DNA of 64,000 bases from Eledone cirrhosa (Eukaryota): contig OZ024744.1 in the NCBI GenBank assembly GCA_964016885.1, forward strand, positions 100,564,001 through 100,628,000. The letters run 5' to 3'. Below the pieces are notes generated by a model. The model saw only the letters and a list, made by a program, of their open reading frames with translations. It was not told the origin of the DNA and did no database searches. Positions 63,349 through 64,000 of the stretch are shown here, piece by piece. The translations under genes were made by a program, and so were the position numbers. Each line of letters starts with the position of its first letter. The stretch's first letter is position 1.

Positions 63349-64000
63349 GTAAGTTACTTCACTTTAATTTCTTTTAGCGATTTTCATTTATTTTTTAAAT
63401 TATTACTATTTTAAAAGACGATTTCCTGAAGTTTGGATAAAATTCCTTTGTCCACTTATTACTGGAAAGGGAGATCCTCAAGCACTCCTTCCAGCAGCTC
63501 CTGTCAGGAACAACTCTGCAATTGATCTGGCTGGATCCCTAAGGTGGACCAGCTTAGCTCATGGAATTTATCCAAACATCTTGCTCAGGGTTTATTCCTA
63601 GGTCTCCTGCTGTAAAATCTCCTGCTGTTTTGCCTGTAAAATCTCTCCAAATTTTTTTTTTAAAGTTTAGATTTAATTTAAATTTTTTGGTTTTACCTTT
63701 CAACTGGATTGAGCTTTTAACATTTCTTTAATCAAAAAACCATTTATCCTTCAGAATTTATCTTCTAAAATAGTATTTTATCATACATAAACCATTTGTT
63801 ACTCTAATTAACGTACATCCCCAGTCATACAAATATTTTTCTATAAAATTGGTAAAGAAAAATTAAGTGAAAGTTTGTACTACAATTTGAATTGTTAAGC
63901 CAGCTATAAAATCTTTTGTTAAGAAATATCCTAATTTGTTAGATGGGCCTTTTTTAATTTGAGATGATCAGATTTAAATATGTAATATTTTCTTATATAA

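Overview
Repeat-rich, AT-rich eukaryotic genomic DNA. The SINE, RTE and microsatellite content suggests an octopod cephalopod, which is an inference. Two host genes are arranged head-to-head. On the minus strand are two coding exons of an AASDH/ACSF4-like gene (14797-14925 and 4799-4890), which continues off the left edge. On the plus strand is the 5' part of NUP98(-96): a likely promoter and non-coding exon at ~23290-23403, then eight coding exons from 37074 to 63348 covering FG repeats and the GLEBS motif, continuing off the right edge. Introns and the intergenic region hold decayed transposons: a Tx1/L1-like LINE, RTE LINEs with a PHD-like finger, Penelope-like remnants with hammerhead ribozyme motifs, an internally deleted piggyBac with a related MITE family, mariner, pogo and MULE-like MITEs, tRNA-derived SINEs and several minisatellites. 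Most ORFs in the supplied track are antisense shadows or low-complexity artefacts. The most notable observations are: type I hammerheads inside inverted Penelope-like repeats; a Tx1 element plus a solo poly(A) in a (TCTA)n tract, suggesting target specificity; modular phase-1 FG exons including a 33-nt microexon; minisatellites nucleated at MITE termini; and long dsRNA-forming structures in NUP98 introns. I did not find a clearly novel multi-gene system.
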